Under the pieces are notes generated by a model. It was given only the letters and a program-made list of their open reading frames with translations, was not told the origin of the DNA and searched no databases. From assembly GCA_018692925.1 (NCBI GenBank), contig JABHLH010000002.1, positions 38,576 through 102,575 on the forward strand: a stretch of DNA of 64,000 bases. The letters are read 5' to 3'. The position numbers and the translations under genes were made by a program. The DNA is from an archaeon. Lineage in GTDB: Archaea > Nanobdellota > Nanobdellia > SCGC-AAA011-G17 > GW2011-AR17. The stretch's first letter is position 1. Every line of letters begins with the position of its first letter. Of the stretch, positions 10,999 to 20,565 are shown in pieces.

Positions 10999-11766
10999 TT
11001 ATCTATACTCACTAAAACCTTGTTCACCATAGAATCTAGAAATAACTGTTTGTGGTATGAAATGAGGGTTACTTACACAACCTTCTAAAGAGCTTCCATC
11101 TTTATAATCTAGTTTTACATATCCATTACTATTTCCCAATATATTTTCTGGTCCTTCTTCAGGAATAATCTCTGCTTCAAATAATGTATCTGTAACCATT
11201 ACTTCTGCTTCTATTCTTCCTTCATAACTAAAATTCATAAATTCAAAAACTTTTTTTGTTTCTCCAACAATATAATCTATTCCACTTTCTTCTGAAGGTG
11301 TTAATACAGCTTCATGACCTTCTGCAATATTTGTATAACTTCCAATGTACCAACTTTCATCAAGATACATTTCTAATCCATAAATAATTCCCTCTTCTTC
11401 TCTAATAAATACTGGGCTTACATGATTAAGATAAATACTACAAGTTGAACAAAAATACATTTGTTTTGAGATATCTCCATCTGGCTGTAAGAATTTTAAT
11501 TCTTCTTCTACTTCACCTTCTTTAAATCTTCCTAAATGGTAAAGCATAGAATTTGTTTTTGGACCTGATTTTTCAAGGCCTTCTAATAAAACTTCTTCAC
11601 TATCAGCTTCTCTTCCATCTAATAATTCTTCACAACTTGTTTCTGGCCATAGTTCTTCACCCCAATCTTCACTATCCCAAAAATCTCCAGTATCATAAAT
11701 TGTATCAATTGGCTCTGTACAAGCATTTAAAATTCCAACTAAACTTAACATATTTACTAATTTCAT
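10999..11766 (-). CDS. Acidic putative lipoprotein, unknown function
   Basis: Signal peptide with lipobox-like LNAC; very D/E-rich. Confidence 0.7.
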   Translation of the reverse strand: MKLVNMLSLVGILNACTEPIDTIYDTGDFWDSEDWGEELWPETSCEELLDGREADSEEVLLEGLEKSGPKTNSMLYHLGRFKEGEVEEELKFLQPDGDISKQMYFCSTCSIYLNHVSPVFIREEEGIIYGLEMYLDESWYIGSYTNIAEGHEAVLTPSEESGIDYIVGETKKVFEFMNFSYEGRIEAEVMVTDTLFEAEIIPEEGPENILGNSNGYVKLDYKDGSSLEGCVSNPHFIPQTVISRFYGEQGFSEYR

Positions 11767-11846
11767 AAAAAAAAGAATATAACTTTTCTTTAAATAACTT
11801 CCTTTTTAACAAAAAATTTATAAATTCATTTAACTTAAAAAAATAA

Positions 11847-12428
11847 ATGGTCCATTTAAGTTTAGAAACTGCAATTTCAACAATAAAACCTTTATCTATT
11901 TTTGTAGCTGCTATGGTTGTTTATGCTATTTTCATTTTCAAATTTTATAGGTTTGTTGCAACAAGAGATATTTTTGAATTAAACTTACAACAATATTCTT
12001 CAAGATCTTCTTGGGCTTGGTTACAAAAATTACTTTCTGTCATTTTATACATTTTAGAATATTTAATATTCTTCCCTATTTTAGTAGCTATTTGGTCTGG
12101 AGTATTTTCTTTACTATTAATATTCCTTTCCAAACAAGATGTTTCTTTAGTTTTGCTAGTAGCAATTGCTATTGTAAGTTCTATTAGGGTTACTTCTTAT
12201 TACAATGAAGATTTAGCTAAAGATTTGGCAAAAATGTTGCCTTTTGCTCTATTAGGTGTTTTCCTAATTGACATCTCTTTTTTTACTTTTGAAACAATTC
12301 CAGCAACATTATTATCTATTCCTAGTTACTATAATGTCATTCTATACTACTTAATTTTTACAATTTTGGTAGAATTTGTTTTAAGAGTTGTCACCTTTAT
12401 TTTTGGACTACAAAACGATGTAGAATAA
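11847..12428 (+). CDS. Multi-pass membrane protein, unknown function
   Basis: About 5 hydrophobic segments; TATA upstream. Confidence 0.8.
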   Translation: MVHLSLETAISTIKPLSIFVAAMVVYAIFIFKFYRFVATRDIFELNLQQYSSRSSWAWLQKLLSVILYILEYLIFFPILVAIWSGVFSLLLIFLSKQDVSLVLLVAIAIVSSIRVTSYYNEDLAKDLAKMLPFALLGVFLIDISFFTFETIPATLLSIPSYYNVILYYLIFTILVEFVLRVVTFIFGLQNDVE

Positions 12429-12495
12429 TTCAACTTTTAGTTGAAAATTAGTCCTACAAAAGCTTTTTAAAGAGGAATTCTTCTTTTTATATTAT

Positions 12496-12582
12496 ATGGG
12501 AAACACCTTTTTTTCAGATACTATCAATGCTGTAAACGAAAAGAAACTTTGGGCATTAACTTATGCTAAAAGAAAGAAATAA
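12496..12582 (+). CDS. Putative 28-aa small protein MGNTFFSDTINAVNEKKLWALTYAKRKK
   Basis: Fills the intergenic gap; TATA-like aagctttttaaag ~25 nt upstream; T-rich tract after the stop. Confidence 0.5.
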   Translation: MGNTFFSDTINAVNEKKLWALTYAKRKK

Positions 12583-12589
12583 TTTATTT

Positions 12590-12934
12590 TCAATCTTTTC
12601 TTCTAATTAAGAAAGGCAGTAGTATAGAACTTTTTTCTACCACTTCATTTGTATAAGATAAACTTATTGCAACAACAACTACAATTGCAATTACAGAAAC
12701 AAATAGGATTCCTGCACTAAGAATTATTTTTTTATTTCCTAACAAATTTGCAAAACCTTTTTTTTCTTCAACAATAGCTTTTGTTTCTTTTACTTCTTGA
12801 GTAACTGTTCCTTGCTCTTGTATTGGAACTTGATGTGGTGCTCCTTGTGGTACTTGCACTCTTGGTGCCATTGGTCTAGAAATAATTTTCTTTCTACCAA
12901 ACAAAGGACCTCTTTTTGGGGTAAATACTTTCAT
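12590..12934 (-). CDS. Single-TM hypothetical protein
   Basis: ORF track; one hydrophobic helix. Confidence 0.65.
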   Translation of the reverse strand: MKVFTPKRGPLFGRKKIISRPMAPRVQVPQGAPHQVPIQEQGTVTQEVKETKAIVEEKKGFANLLGNKKIILSAGILFVSVIAIVVVVAISLSYTNEVVEKSSILLPFLIRRKD

Positions 12935-12957
12935 TAAAAAAAATAAGGGGAAAAGGA

Positions 12958-13578
12958 TTATTTAACCTTTTCTATTTCTTTTAGAATCTCTTCAACAATT
13001 TCTTGTATAGGTTTTTCTCCATTTACTTGTGTATAGATTCCCATCTCTTTGTAAAAGTCTACTAAAGGGGAAGTTTGTTCTTCGTAAACTTTTAACCTAT
13101 TTCTAATTGTTTCTAAATTATCATCTGGTCTTTGATACAATTCACTTGCACAACCATCACAAACATCATCTTCTTTTGGTGGCACATCTAATCCATAAAT
13201 TGCTCCACAACTTTTACACATTCTTCTTTTCACTGTTCTCTTTTCAATAATCTCATCAGAACAAAAAACATCAACAACAATATTCATAGTTTGAATTTCA
13301 TTTAATTTTTCTGCTTGCACAATAGTTCTTGGAAATCCATCTAAGATAAAATTATCTTCAGGTAATCCTTTTGCTAACAATCTAATAATTAGTTCATCCG
13401 GAACCAACAACCCCTTTTCCATGAACTCTTTTGCTTCTTTTCCTAAATCACTCTCATTCTTTACTTCATTTCTTAACAAATCTCCAGTAGAAATATGTTG
13501 ATAGTTTAATCTTTTTGTTAATAATTTAGCTTGCGTCCCTTTCCCTGACATTGGTTTTCCTAACAGTACGATTTTCAT
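12958..13578 (-). CDS. adk: Adenylate kinase (bacterial type, Zn LID)
   Basis: GKPMSGKGTQ, HISTGDLLR, LDGFPR, CxxC..CxxC. Confidence 0.97.
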   Translation of the reverse strand: MKIVLLGKPMSGKGTQAKLLTKRLNYQHISTGDLLRNEVKNESDLGKEAKEFMEKGLLVPDELIIRLLAKGLPEDNFILDGFPRTIVQAEKLNEIQTMNIVVDVFCSDEIIEKRTVKRRMCKSCGAIYGLDVPPKEDDVCDGCASELYQRPDDNLETIRNRLKVYEEQTSPLVDFYKEMGIYTQVNGEKPIQEIVEEILKEIEKVK

Positions 13579-13673
13579 AATCTTAAATTCTTTTCATATA
13601 TATAAAAAAGTTTCTATATTATTGTATATAAGAGCTTATAAATTCATTTGCTAGTAAATCTCTTGGTGAAACA

Positions 13674-14558
13674 GTGAGTATAATTGATAATTTCTCTTTT
13701 AATGCAAATTTAGGAGGGATGGCTGGAGGTAAAGGTTTAATTGGTCTTTATATTGCAGGAAAATTAAAATATGCTAGAATACCTTTCAAAGTTTTAAGGC
13801 CTGATAATTCAGTTAGAAATAATGAAAAACCTGGTCTAAGTTCAAGAATGTCTTCACATTTTTTTGAAGCTGAACTTTTTGATACAAAAAATGCTTCTTC
13901 AATTTTATCTTTATTAGAACCTCATATAGAATTATATCTTTTTGAAGAATTGCACATGGTTGAAGATACAGCTGGTTTATTTGGTGTTCTTGATGATATG
14001 ATTGATGCAAGATTAAGTTTGAATATTTTAGCTTTAACAAATGATACTGGTGCAAGAATTTTTCCAATTGCAGCTTATTGTTTATCTAGAGGAGCAAATA
14101 TAAAACAACATTATGGTGTTTGTCAACATTCAGATCTTTGTAGGGGGAAAGCTGTTTATTCTCAATTGATTGCAAAAGATGGAACTGTTGTAGAAGATTC
14201 TGGTCCAATTATTGCTTCAGGTGATGTTTTAGGTTCTGAAGAAAAAAAAATTGAAGGTGAAGTTGATTATCAACCAAGATGTAGAGGTCATTTTAATTTT
14301 GAAATGCCTAGGTCCTCAACTTATCAAGGTGGAATATTTATTCCTGATCCTAAAAGAATTCCTAGAGAACAATTACCTTCATGGTTACTAAACAGACAAA
14401 AATTAGTCAGAGAGAGATTAGATGAAAGAATTAAAAATTCTCATCATCATAAAGATTCATTTTTTGCTGAATATCCAAGTTCACATTTAATTGCAGAATT
14501 AAGACAAAGAGGAAGACATAAGGTCAAAACATATATTCAAGGTATAAGGAGGAGATAA
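13674..14558 (+). CDS. Divergent thymidine kinase (TK1-like) with C-terminal extension
   Basis: GGMAGGKG P-loop, LFEELH (Walker B position), C..C and YQPRCRGHF zinc/lasso motifs. Confidence 0.7.
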   Translation: MSIIDNFSFNANLGGMAGGKGLIGLYIAGKLKYARIPFKVLRPDNSVRNNEKPGLSSRMSSHFFEAELFDTKNASSILSLLEPHIELYLFEELHMVEDTAGLFGVLDDMIDARLSLNILALTNDTGARIFPIAAYCLSRGANIKQHYGVCQHSDLCRGKAVYSQLIAKDGTVVEDSGPIIASGDVLGSEEKKIEGEVDYQPRCRGHFNFEMPRSSTYQGGIFIPDPKRIPREQLPSWLLNRQKLVRERLDERIKNSHHHKDSFFAEYPSSHLIAELRQRGRHKVKTYIQGIRRR

Positions 14559-14559
14559 A

Positions 14560-15153
14560 ATGAAAATAGCACTAATAGGAGCACACGGAACATTCAAAAC
14601 AACTTTAATTTATTTTTTAGCTGGGGTACTAAAAGCAAAAGGAAAAAGTGTTGGAATAATTAGAGAGGTTGTAAGATCTTGCCCCTACTTTAGAAGGGGT
14701 CATGGAAACATTCTTGCACAAAATTGGATTTTATTAACTCAATCTCAATTAGAAAGAGAATATCAAGACAAATTTGATTTTGTAATTTGTGACAGAAGTC
14801 TTATTGACAATTTTATTTATGCAAGAGAAGCTTACCAAAATGAAGATCAAGAATTACCTCAATGGATTGAACCTTTTGTAATGCATCATGCACAAACTTA
14901 TAATTTTTTATTCAAGACTCCTGTTTCTGAGCATGGTTTAATTGAAGATCAAATTAGGTCAACTGACAAAGAATGGCAACTAAATATTGATCAACAAATA
15001 AAAACTTATTTGAAAGAGAAAGAAATTAAATATGTAGAGTTACCTAAATCTCAAGCTGACAGTTTTGATGAAATTTTAGATTATGCAACTAGGCAAGCAA
15101 AATTCATGGCAAATAAAATAATTGATATGGATGTGCAAACAAAGATAATTTAA
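14560..15153 (+). CDS. P-loop nucleoside/nucleotide kinase (AAA_28/NadR-like)
   Basis: IGAHGTFKTT, ICDRSLID, DQIRS. Confidence 0.8.
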   Translation: MKIALIGAHGTFKTTLIYFLAGVLKAKGKSVGIIREVVRSCPYFRRGHGNILAQNWILLTQSQLEREYQDKFDFVICDRSLIDNFIYAREAYQNEDQELPQWIEPFVMHHAQTYNFLFKTPVSEHGLIEDQIRSTDKEWQLNIDQQIKTYLKEKEIKYVELPKSQADSFDEILDYATRQAKFMANKIIDMDVQTKII

Positions 15154-15155
15154 TT

Positions 15156-15347
15156 TTATTTTATTGTTATTTTATAATATCCTTTTGATTTATAATTTCC
15201 TTCTTGTCTCTCATATGTACTTTCAACTGTCTTTGTTTCACCTGGTTTTAATGGCTCTTCTTGTATTCTTCGTGCTGCTTCATCTAATAATTTTTTACCT
15301 AAACCTTGATTTTTTCTCATTTGTTTTAATATTTCTCGATTTGACAT
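15156..15347 (-). CDS. Small hypothetical protein
   Basis: ORF track; TATA upstream. Confidence 0.55.
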   Translation of the reverse strand: MSNREILKQMRKNQGLGKKLLDEAARRIQEEPLKPGETKTVESTYERQEGNYKSKGYYKITIK

Positions 15348-15418
15348 AATAATAGAATCTTCTTAGAATTTATAATCCTTTAGAAACTCTTATATAAACA
15401 TTTTTTATTCTTTATTTC

Positions 15419-16027
15419 ATGCAAAAAGCAATAGCTCTATTATCTGGTGGAATTGATTCTCCAGTAGCAATTTACAGAATGCAAGAACACTTTGACATAG
15501 TCGCTGTTCACTTTCACCAACTTCCTTTAACTGGTGAACATGAAATTGAAAAGGTAAAAGAATTAGCAAAAAAACTTAATGTGAAAAAATTATATTTAAT
15601 TCCTTTTGTTGATGTTTTCAAAGAACTTGTAGAAAAATGTAATCCTAGAGACTATTTTATTCTTTCAAAAATTGCAATGTTTAAAGCAGCTGAATTTATT
15701 GCAGAGAAAGAAAAAACTAACTTTCTAATCACAGGTGAAAATCTTGCACAAGTTTCTTCACAAACCTTATCTAATTTAAAATCTATAGAATCTCAATTAA
15801 AATTAAAAATATTAAGACCTTTACTAACTTTTGACAAACAAGAAATAATTAACATAGCAAGAGAAATTGAAACTTACGAAATTTCAAAAGGTCCAGAGAT
15901 TTGTTCTTTATTGGGTCCAAAAAATCCTTCAACAAAATCTTCAGTTTTCAAAATAAATCTTGAACTTCAAAAAATAGATTTGAATAAAATAATTCAAGAA
16001 AAAATAAAAGAAGCTAGTATCCTCTAA
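15419..16027 (+). CDS. ThiI-like PP-loop domain only (no THUMP)
   Basis: LLSGGIDSPVA, TGENLAQVSSQTLSNL, RPLLTFDKQEI. Confidence 0.9.
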   Translation: MQKAIALLSGGIDSPVAIYRMQEHFDIVAVHFHQLPLTGEHEIEKVKELAKKLNVKKLYLIPFVDVFKELVEKCNPRDYFILSKIAMFKAAEFIAEKEKTNFLITGENLAQVSSQTLSNLKSIESQLKLKILRPLLTFDKQEIINIAREIETYEISKGPEICSLLGPKNPSTKSSVFKINLELQKIDLNKIIQEKIKEASIL

Positions 16028-16709
16028 TGTCAACTTCTTCAAAGGCTTCAGAACATATTATTTTAAAATTTTCCATTTCTTCTTTTGTATAAATTACTTC
16101 ACTTTTCAAATCTTCGTTAATAATTAAATTTCTTTTATCAAACTGTTGTAAAACGTATCTTTTACTTCCTTTCAACCAAGAACAAATCTTTTTGATATCT
16201 TCTTCTGTGGTTAAACTTCTAACTAATGTTGTTCTGAACTCATAATCCTTACCAGAATTTTTTATTAATTCTACACTTCTTTTTATTTTTTCTAAATCTA
16301 CTTTTACACCACAATTTCTCTCATAACTTTCTAAAGAACTTTTTATATCCATTGCAATAAAATCAACATATGGGATTAACTCTTCTAAAACTTCTGGTCT
16401 TGTTCCATTACTATCTAACTTTACTAAAAAACCTTTATCTTTTACTTTTTTTACAAACTCTAAAAGTCCTTCACTTAATGTTGGTTCTCCACCTGTAATT
16501 GTAATTGCATCTAATTTACCTTTTCTATCGTCTAAAAAACTTAAAATTAATTCTTCACTAATATCTTCTCCTTTTTCAGAAAATAGGCTTAACTCTGGAT
16601 TATGACAAAAGGGACATCTAAAATTACATTTAGGAAGAAAAAGAACGGCCGTAATCTGGCCAGGGTAGTCAATTAAAGAACTCCTAAGAATTCCTTTAAA
16701 ATTCAACAT
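16014..16709 (-). CDS. nrdG: Anaerobic ribonucleotide reductase activase (radical SAM)
   Basis: CNFRCPFCHN, TGGEPT; directly after nrdD. Confidence 0.93.
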   Translation of the reverse strand: MLNFKGILRSSLIDYPGQITAVLFLPKCNFRCPFCHNPELSLFSEKGEDISEELILSFLDDRKGKLDAITITGGEPTLSEGLLEFVKKVKDKGFLVKLDSNGTRPEVLEELIPYVDFIAMDIKSSLESYERNCGVKVDLEKIKRSVELIKNSGKDYEFRTTLVRSLTTEEDIKKICSWLKGSKRYVLQQFDKRNLIINEDLKSEVIYTKEEMENFKIICSEAFEEVDIRGY

Positions 16710-16920
16710 TTTTTACAACTTCCAAAATCTCTTCTTCAGAGACTTTCTCTTTATTGAAAGCCTCTAAAGTTCTTCCGTATTTACTTTCTAAACTAGACTT
16801 CATACAAAAAGTTTTTCTATCAAAAAACTCAGCCTTTTTTCCTTTATTCCATTGTGTCACAGGTCTATGATATCCTACAACTCTACTATATACTTCACAT
16901 TGTTTTCCACATTTACTCAT
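16696..16920 (-). CDS. Stand-alone NrdD glycyl-radical domain
   Basis: CEVYSRVVGYHRPVTQWNKGKKAEF; own SD (GGAGGTGA) and ATG overlapping the end of nrdD. Confidence 0.88.
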   Translation of the reverse strand: MSKCGKQCEVYSRVVGYHRPVTQWNKGKKAEFFDRKTFCMKSSLESKYGRTLEAFNKEKVSEEEILEVVKNVEF

Positions 16921-18892
16921 TCTGCTCACCTCCTTTTGTGCTGACTACAGCTTCATATGGGCACTCATGATGTTCTCCTGCAATGTATCCATGCTCTGGA
17001 CAAATACTAAATGTTGGAGTTATTGTATAGTATGGTATTCTATATGTGTGTGCAATTCTTTTTACTAATTTTTTACACGCTTCAATACTATCTATTTTTT
17101 CTCCAATAAAACAGTGGAACACAGTTCCTCCTGTATACTTACATTGCAATTCTTCTTGGCTATCTAAAGCTTCAAAAATATCATCTGTTGCATTCACTGG
17201 TAACTGTGAACTATTTGTATAATATGGTTCTTCTGTTCCAGCTGTAATTATATTTGGATATTTCATCTTATCAATTCTTGCCAATCTATAACTAGTTCCT
17301 TCTCCAGGTGTAGCTTCTAAATTATAGATGTGTCCTGAATCTTCTTGGTATTGTTTTAATCTTGATCTCATAAAATCTAAAATCTCAATTGCAAAATCTC
17401 TTCCTTCATCATCAAGCATATCTTTCTTCAAGAAATTCAAACAACATTCATTCATTCCAATTAATCCAATTGTTGAAAAATGATGGTCTAAATTTTCTAG
17501 ATATCTTTTTGTGTAAGGCAACAATCCATATTCCATATATCTTGTAACAACCTTTCTTTTAATTTCTAAAGAATTTTGAGCCATATCCATTAAGATTTTT
17601 AATCTTCTAAAGAATTCGTCTCTATCTTTACTAACAAATCCTAATCTTGGTAGATTAATTGTAGCAACTCCAATAGAACCTGTATTTTCTCCAGAACCAA
17701 ACAATCCTCCAGTTTTACTTCTAAGTTCTCTTACATCAAGTTGTAATCTACAACACATACTTCTAACATCTGTTGGTTTCAACTCACTGTTAACAAAATT
17801 TTGGAAATAAGGGATACCATATTTTGAAGTCATTTCAAATAATATATTTGCATTATCACTATCCCAATCAAAATCTTTTGTAATGTTATAAGTTGGTATA
17901 GGGAAAGTAAATATTCTTCCATCAGCGTCTCCTTCCATCATACATTCCATGAAAGCTTTATTGATCATATCCATTTCCTTTTGATAATCTTTATACTTGT
18001 TTTCTTGTCTCTTTCCACCAATGATTACTTTTTCTTCTGCCAAATCTTCAGGTACTGTCCAATCAAATGTAAAATTTATGAAAGGTGTTTGTGTTCCCCA
18101 TCTGCTTGGTGTAGCAATATTAAATAGTAATCTTTGCATTTGTTGTTTAACTTCTTTGTAAGTCATATTATCTACTCTTACATATGGAGCTAGATAAGTA
18201 TCTACAGAGGACAAAGCTTGAGCTCCTGCCCATTCATTTTGCATTGTTCCTAAGAAATTAACCATTTGTCCAATTACAGTATCAAAATGCTTTGGTTGTT
18301 TTGTTTGTAACTTTCCATAAACTCCACCAAAACCTTCTTCTAACAATTGTCTAAGTGACCAACCTGCACAGTAACCTGAGAACATACTCAAATCATGTAA
18401 GTGGAAATCCCCATTTGAATGTGCATTTTTAATTTCTGCAGGATAAATATTATTCAACCAATAATTAGCAGTAATTTTTCCAGAGATGTACAAAATCAAA
18501 CCTCCAAGAGAAAATCCTACATTACTATTTTCATTTACTCTCCAATCAATTTGATCAAGGTATTCTTTCATTGTACCTTCAACATCTAATAATACTTTTT
18601 TACTCTCTCTTTCTCTCCTTCTATTCTCTCTATAAATGATAAAAGATTTTGCTGCTGCATGATCATTGTCTTTTATTAGAACTTCTTCTATTGAATCTTG
18701 AATTTCTTCTACTGAAGGAATTTGATAAGGATTTTTTTCTTCAACCATTCTAGCAACTTTTTGTGCTAGTTCTTGTGCTTTATCTTTACTACCAATTCCA
18801 GTTGCTTTCATTGCACTGAATATTGCTTCTGCTATTCTCTCTTTATTGAAAAGAATAATACTTCCATCTCTTTTTTTTACATGTGTTACCAT
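16913..18892 (-). CDS. nrdD: Class III ribonucleotide reductase catalytic subunit (ATP cone; lacks the C-terminal glycyl loop)
   Basis: ATP cone, SMCCRL finger loop, EATPGEG, TGGTVFH, C-terminal CPEHG..CP. Confidence 0.95.
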   Translation of the reverse strand: MVTHVKKRDGSIILFNKERIAEAIFSAMKATGIGSKDKAQELAQKVARMVEEKNPYQIPSVEEIQDSIEEVLIKDNDHAAAKSFIIYRENRRRERESKKVLLDVEGTMKEYLDQIDWRVNENSNVGFSLGGLILYISGKITANYWLNNIYPAEIKNAHSNGDFHLHDLSMFSGYCAGWSLRQLLEEGFGGVYGKLQTKQPKHFDTVIGQMVNFLGTMQNEWAGAQALSSVDTYLAPYVRVDNMTYKEVKQQMQRLLFNIATPSRWGTQTPFINFTFDWTVPEDLAEEKVIIGGKRQENKYKDYQKEMDMINKAFMECMMEGDADGRIFTFPIPTYNITKDFDWDSDNANILFEMTSKYGIPYFQNFVNSELKPTDVRSMCCRLQLDVRELRSKTGGLFGSGENTGSIGVATINLPRLGFVSKDRDEFFRRLKILMDMAQNSLEIKRKVVTRYMEYGLLPYTKRYLENLDHHFSTIGLIGMNECCLNFLKKDMLDDEGRDFAIEILDFMRSRLKQYQEDSGHIYNLEATPGEGTSYRLARIDKMKYPNIITAGTEEPYYTNSSQLPVNATDDIFEALDSQEELQCKYTGGTVFHCFIGEKIDSIEACKKLVKRIAHTYRIPYYTITPTFSICPEHGYIAGEHHECPYEAVVSTKGGEQNE

Positions 18893-18902
18893 TTTTACTC
18901 CC

Positions 18903-19349
18903 CTAAATTATTTTTTGTATTTCGGCCTCAAGTTCTTGTATATCTCCAATATCTTTGTGTATTGAAGCATACCTGATATAGGCAATTTTATCAGTTTTTT
19001 TCAACAAACTCAAAACCCATTTCCCCAAAACTTTACTTTCAACTTCATTTGCTTTATAATTTCTAACTTTTCTCTGTAATCCATCAACCATATTATCAAT
19101 TGCTTCCATTGTCACTGGTCTTTTTTCAAAAGATCTTACGAATCCTTCTTTAATTTTTACTCTGCAAAAAGGTTCTTTTCTGCCATCTCTTTTTAAAACA
19201 TAAACTGGAAATTCTTCAATTCTTTCATATGTTGTAAACCTTTTATTACAGTCCAAACACTCTCTTCTCCTTCTTATTGATTTGTTTTCTTCAGTATTCC
19301 TTTTATCTAATACTTTCAGATCTGGACTTGCACAATATGGACATTTCAT
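18903..19349 (-). CDS. nrdR: Transcriptional repressor NrdR
   Basis: MKCPYC..IRRRRECLDCNKRFTTYE, ATP cone, AYIRYAS. Confidence 0.96.
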   Translation of the reverse strand: MKCPYCASPDLKVLDKRNTEENKSIRRRRECLDCNKRFTTYERIEEFPVYVLKRDGRKEPFCRVKIKEGFVRSFEKRPVTMEAIDNMVDGLQRKVRNYKANEVESKVLGKWVLSLLKKTDKIAYIRYASIHKDIGDIQELEAEIQKII

Positions 19350-19359
19350 TTTTCAGTAA

Positions 19360-19407
19360 CAACAAGATATAGTATATCTCCTCTCTTTGCTCTACTATAT
19401 CTCGTGT
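19360..19407. promoter_or_regulatory. Tandem NrdR boxes (19360-19375, 19392-19407)
   Basis: caacaagatatagtat and ctactatatctcgtgt resemble acaCwAtATaTwGtg; 32-bp offset; located between TATA (~19415-19422) and the nrdR start. Confidence 0.8.
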
Positions 19408-19503
19408 TAGACCATTTATAAAGATTTTTATATTTTAGAATATAATTCACATGTAATTCCAAAGAAGTAACTAAAAAAATTAAAAGTTTTAATAAGATAT
19501 GTT

Positions 19504-20142
19504 TTAATAAATAATTCCAGAACAATCACTAGTCGTATGTTCGTCTTCTCTACATTCCACTATAGCATAAAGTTGTTCACCATCATGATTTTCTTTAATA
19601 TATTCTTCTTTTTCAGAATTAATATTTGCTCCAGATTCTTCCATTACATCTTCTTCTTCTTTAGATAAAATCCAAATATCAAAATCAACATATGCATTTG
19701 CAACACTTTCTTCTTCACCATTTTCACGATTTTCACCATGAAAACAAAATTCAATATAACCTTTTTGATCATTACAAGTTCTCGGTATTGTAGCATAGCC
19801 AAATCCATCAAAAATTTCACTTTCATTCTTAAAAGCCTTAATAGTACCTAGTTCTTCAAAACATTCACTATAATTAATTAAAACACATAATTGAGAATCA
19901 TCATATCCTTCTTCTAAATGACTTTGTATAGCATAACAACTTGGTCTTTCTTCTCCATCAGGATTTCTACTCCATACTTCATCATATGGATCACATGGAT
20001 CATATTCTTCAAAATTATCTTCTCCTTGAAAACCTGTATCTAAAACATCTTCTAATCCATTTGCATCGTCATCAATTCTATTCAAACTATAGTCTGAACA
20101 GCCTGAGCTTAAAAGTCCTAATAATAATAGTTGATTCCTCAT
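19504..20142 (-). CDS. Acidic Cys-rich putative lipoprotein
   Basis: MRNQLLLLGLLSSGC lipobox-like signal. Confidence 0.7.
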   Translation of the reverse strand: MRNQLLLLGLLSSGCSDYSLNRIDDDANGLEDVLDTGFQGEDNFEEYDPCDPYDEVWSRNPDGEERPSCYAIQSHLEEGYDDSQLCVLINYSECFEELGTIKAFKNESEIFDGFGYATIPRTCNDQKGYIEFCFHGENRENGEEESVANAYVDFDIWILSKEEEDVMEESGANINSEKEEYIKENHDGEQLYAIVECREDEHTTSDCSGIIY

Positions 20143-20218
20143 TTTTCTTATTATTAGAGCTCATTTCATCATATATAAAACTATCTATTTTGTAACTACT
20201 GCTAAGAAATAACAAATA

Positions 20219-20292
20219 AGCCTCAGCCGTGATTTGAACACGGGACCTCTTGCTTACCAAGCAAGTGCTATACCGAGCTAAGCCACTGAGGC
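20219..20292 (-). tRNA. tRNA-Thr(GGT)
   Basis: Acceptor GCCTCAG/CTGAGGC, anticodon arm CTTGC-TTGGTAA-GCAAG, TTCAAAT T-loop. Confidence 0.97.
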
Positions 20293-20367
20293 ATAGAACT
20301 TTATTTTCTTCTTTTGTTTATAAAATTTACCTAAATCTTTTTATACCATAAAAACTCAAAATCAGAT

Positions 20368-20565
20368 ATGGAACCAATAGATAACATAAAAGAAGACATA
20401 GCACAATTACAAAGTTCATGTGATGAGTTAATACAAGCAATTAATTCTTCCAATCAAGCATTAGCAACAAACAAGCTAAAAACATTAAAACAGAACTTGA
20501 AAAAAATCAGTCTTTCTTTGGACAAAGAGTTTTCTTGGTTGATTCCTCAAGAACCTCAACAATAA
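20368..20565 (+). CDS. Small helical hypothetical protein
   Basis: ORF track; TATA upstream; 3' overlap with the convergent gene. Confidence 0.55.
   Translation: MEPIDNIKEDIAQLQSSCDELIQAINSSNQALATNKLKTLKQNLKKISLSLDKEFSWLIPQEPQQ

Noticed and set aside
10894-11088. 64-aa ORF
   Set aside because: Overlaps tRNA-Leu(CAA) and the convergent gene
10906-20292. Integrated element bounded by tRNAs
   Set aside because: No integrase or duplicated tRNA 3' end; the interval holds housekeeping genes
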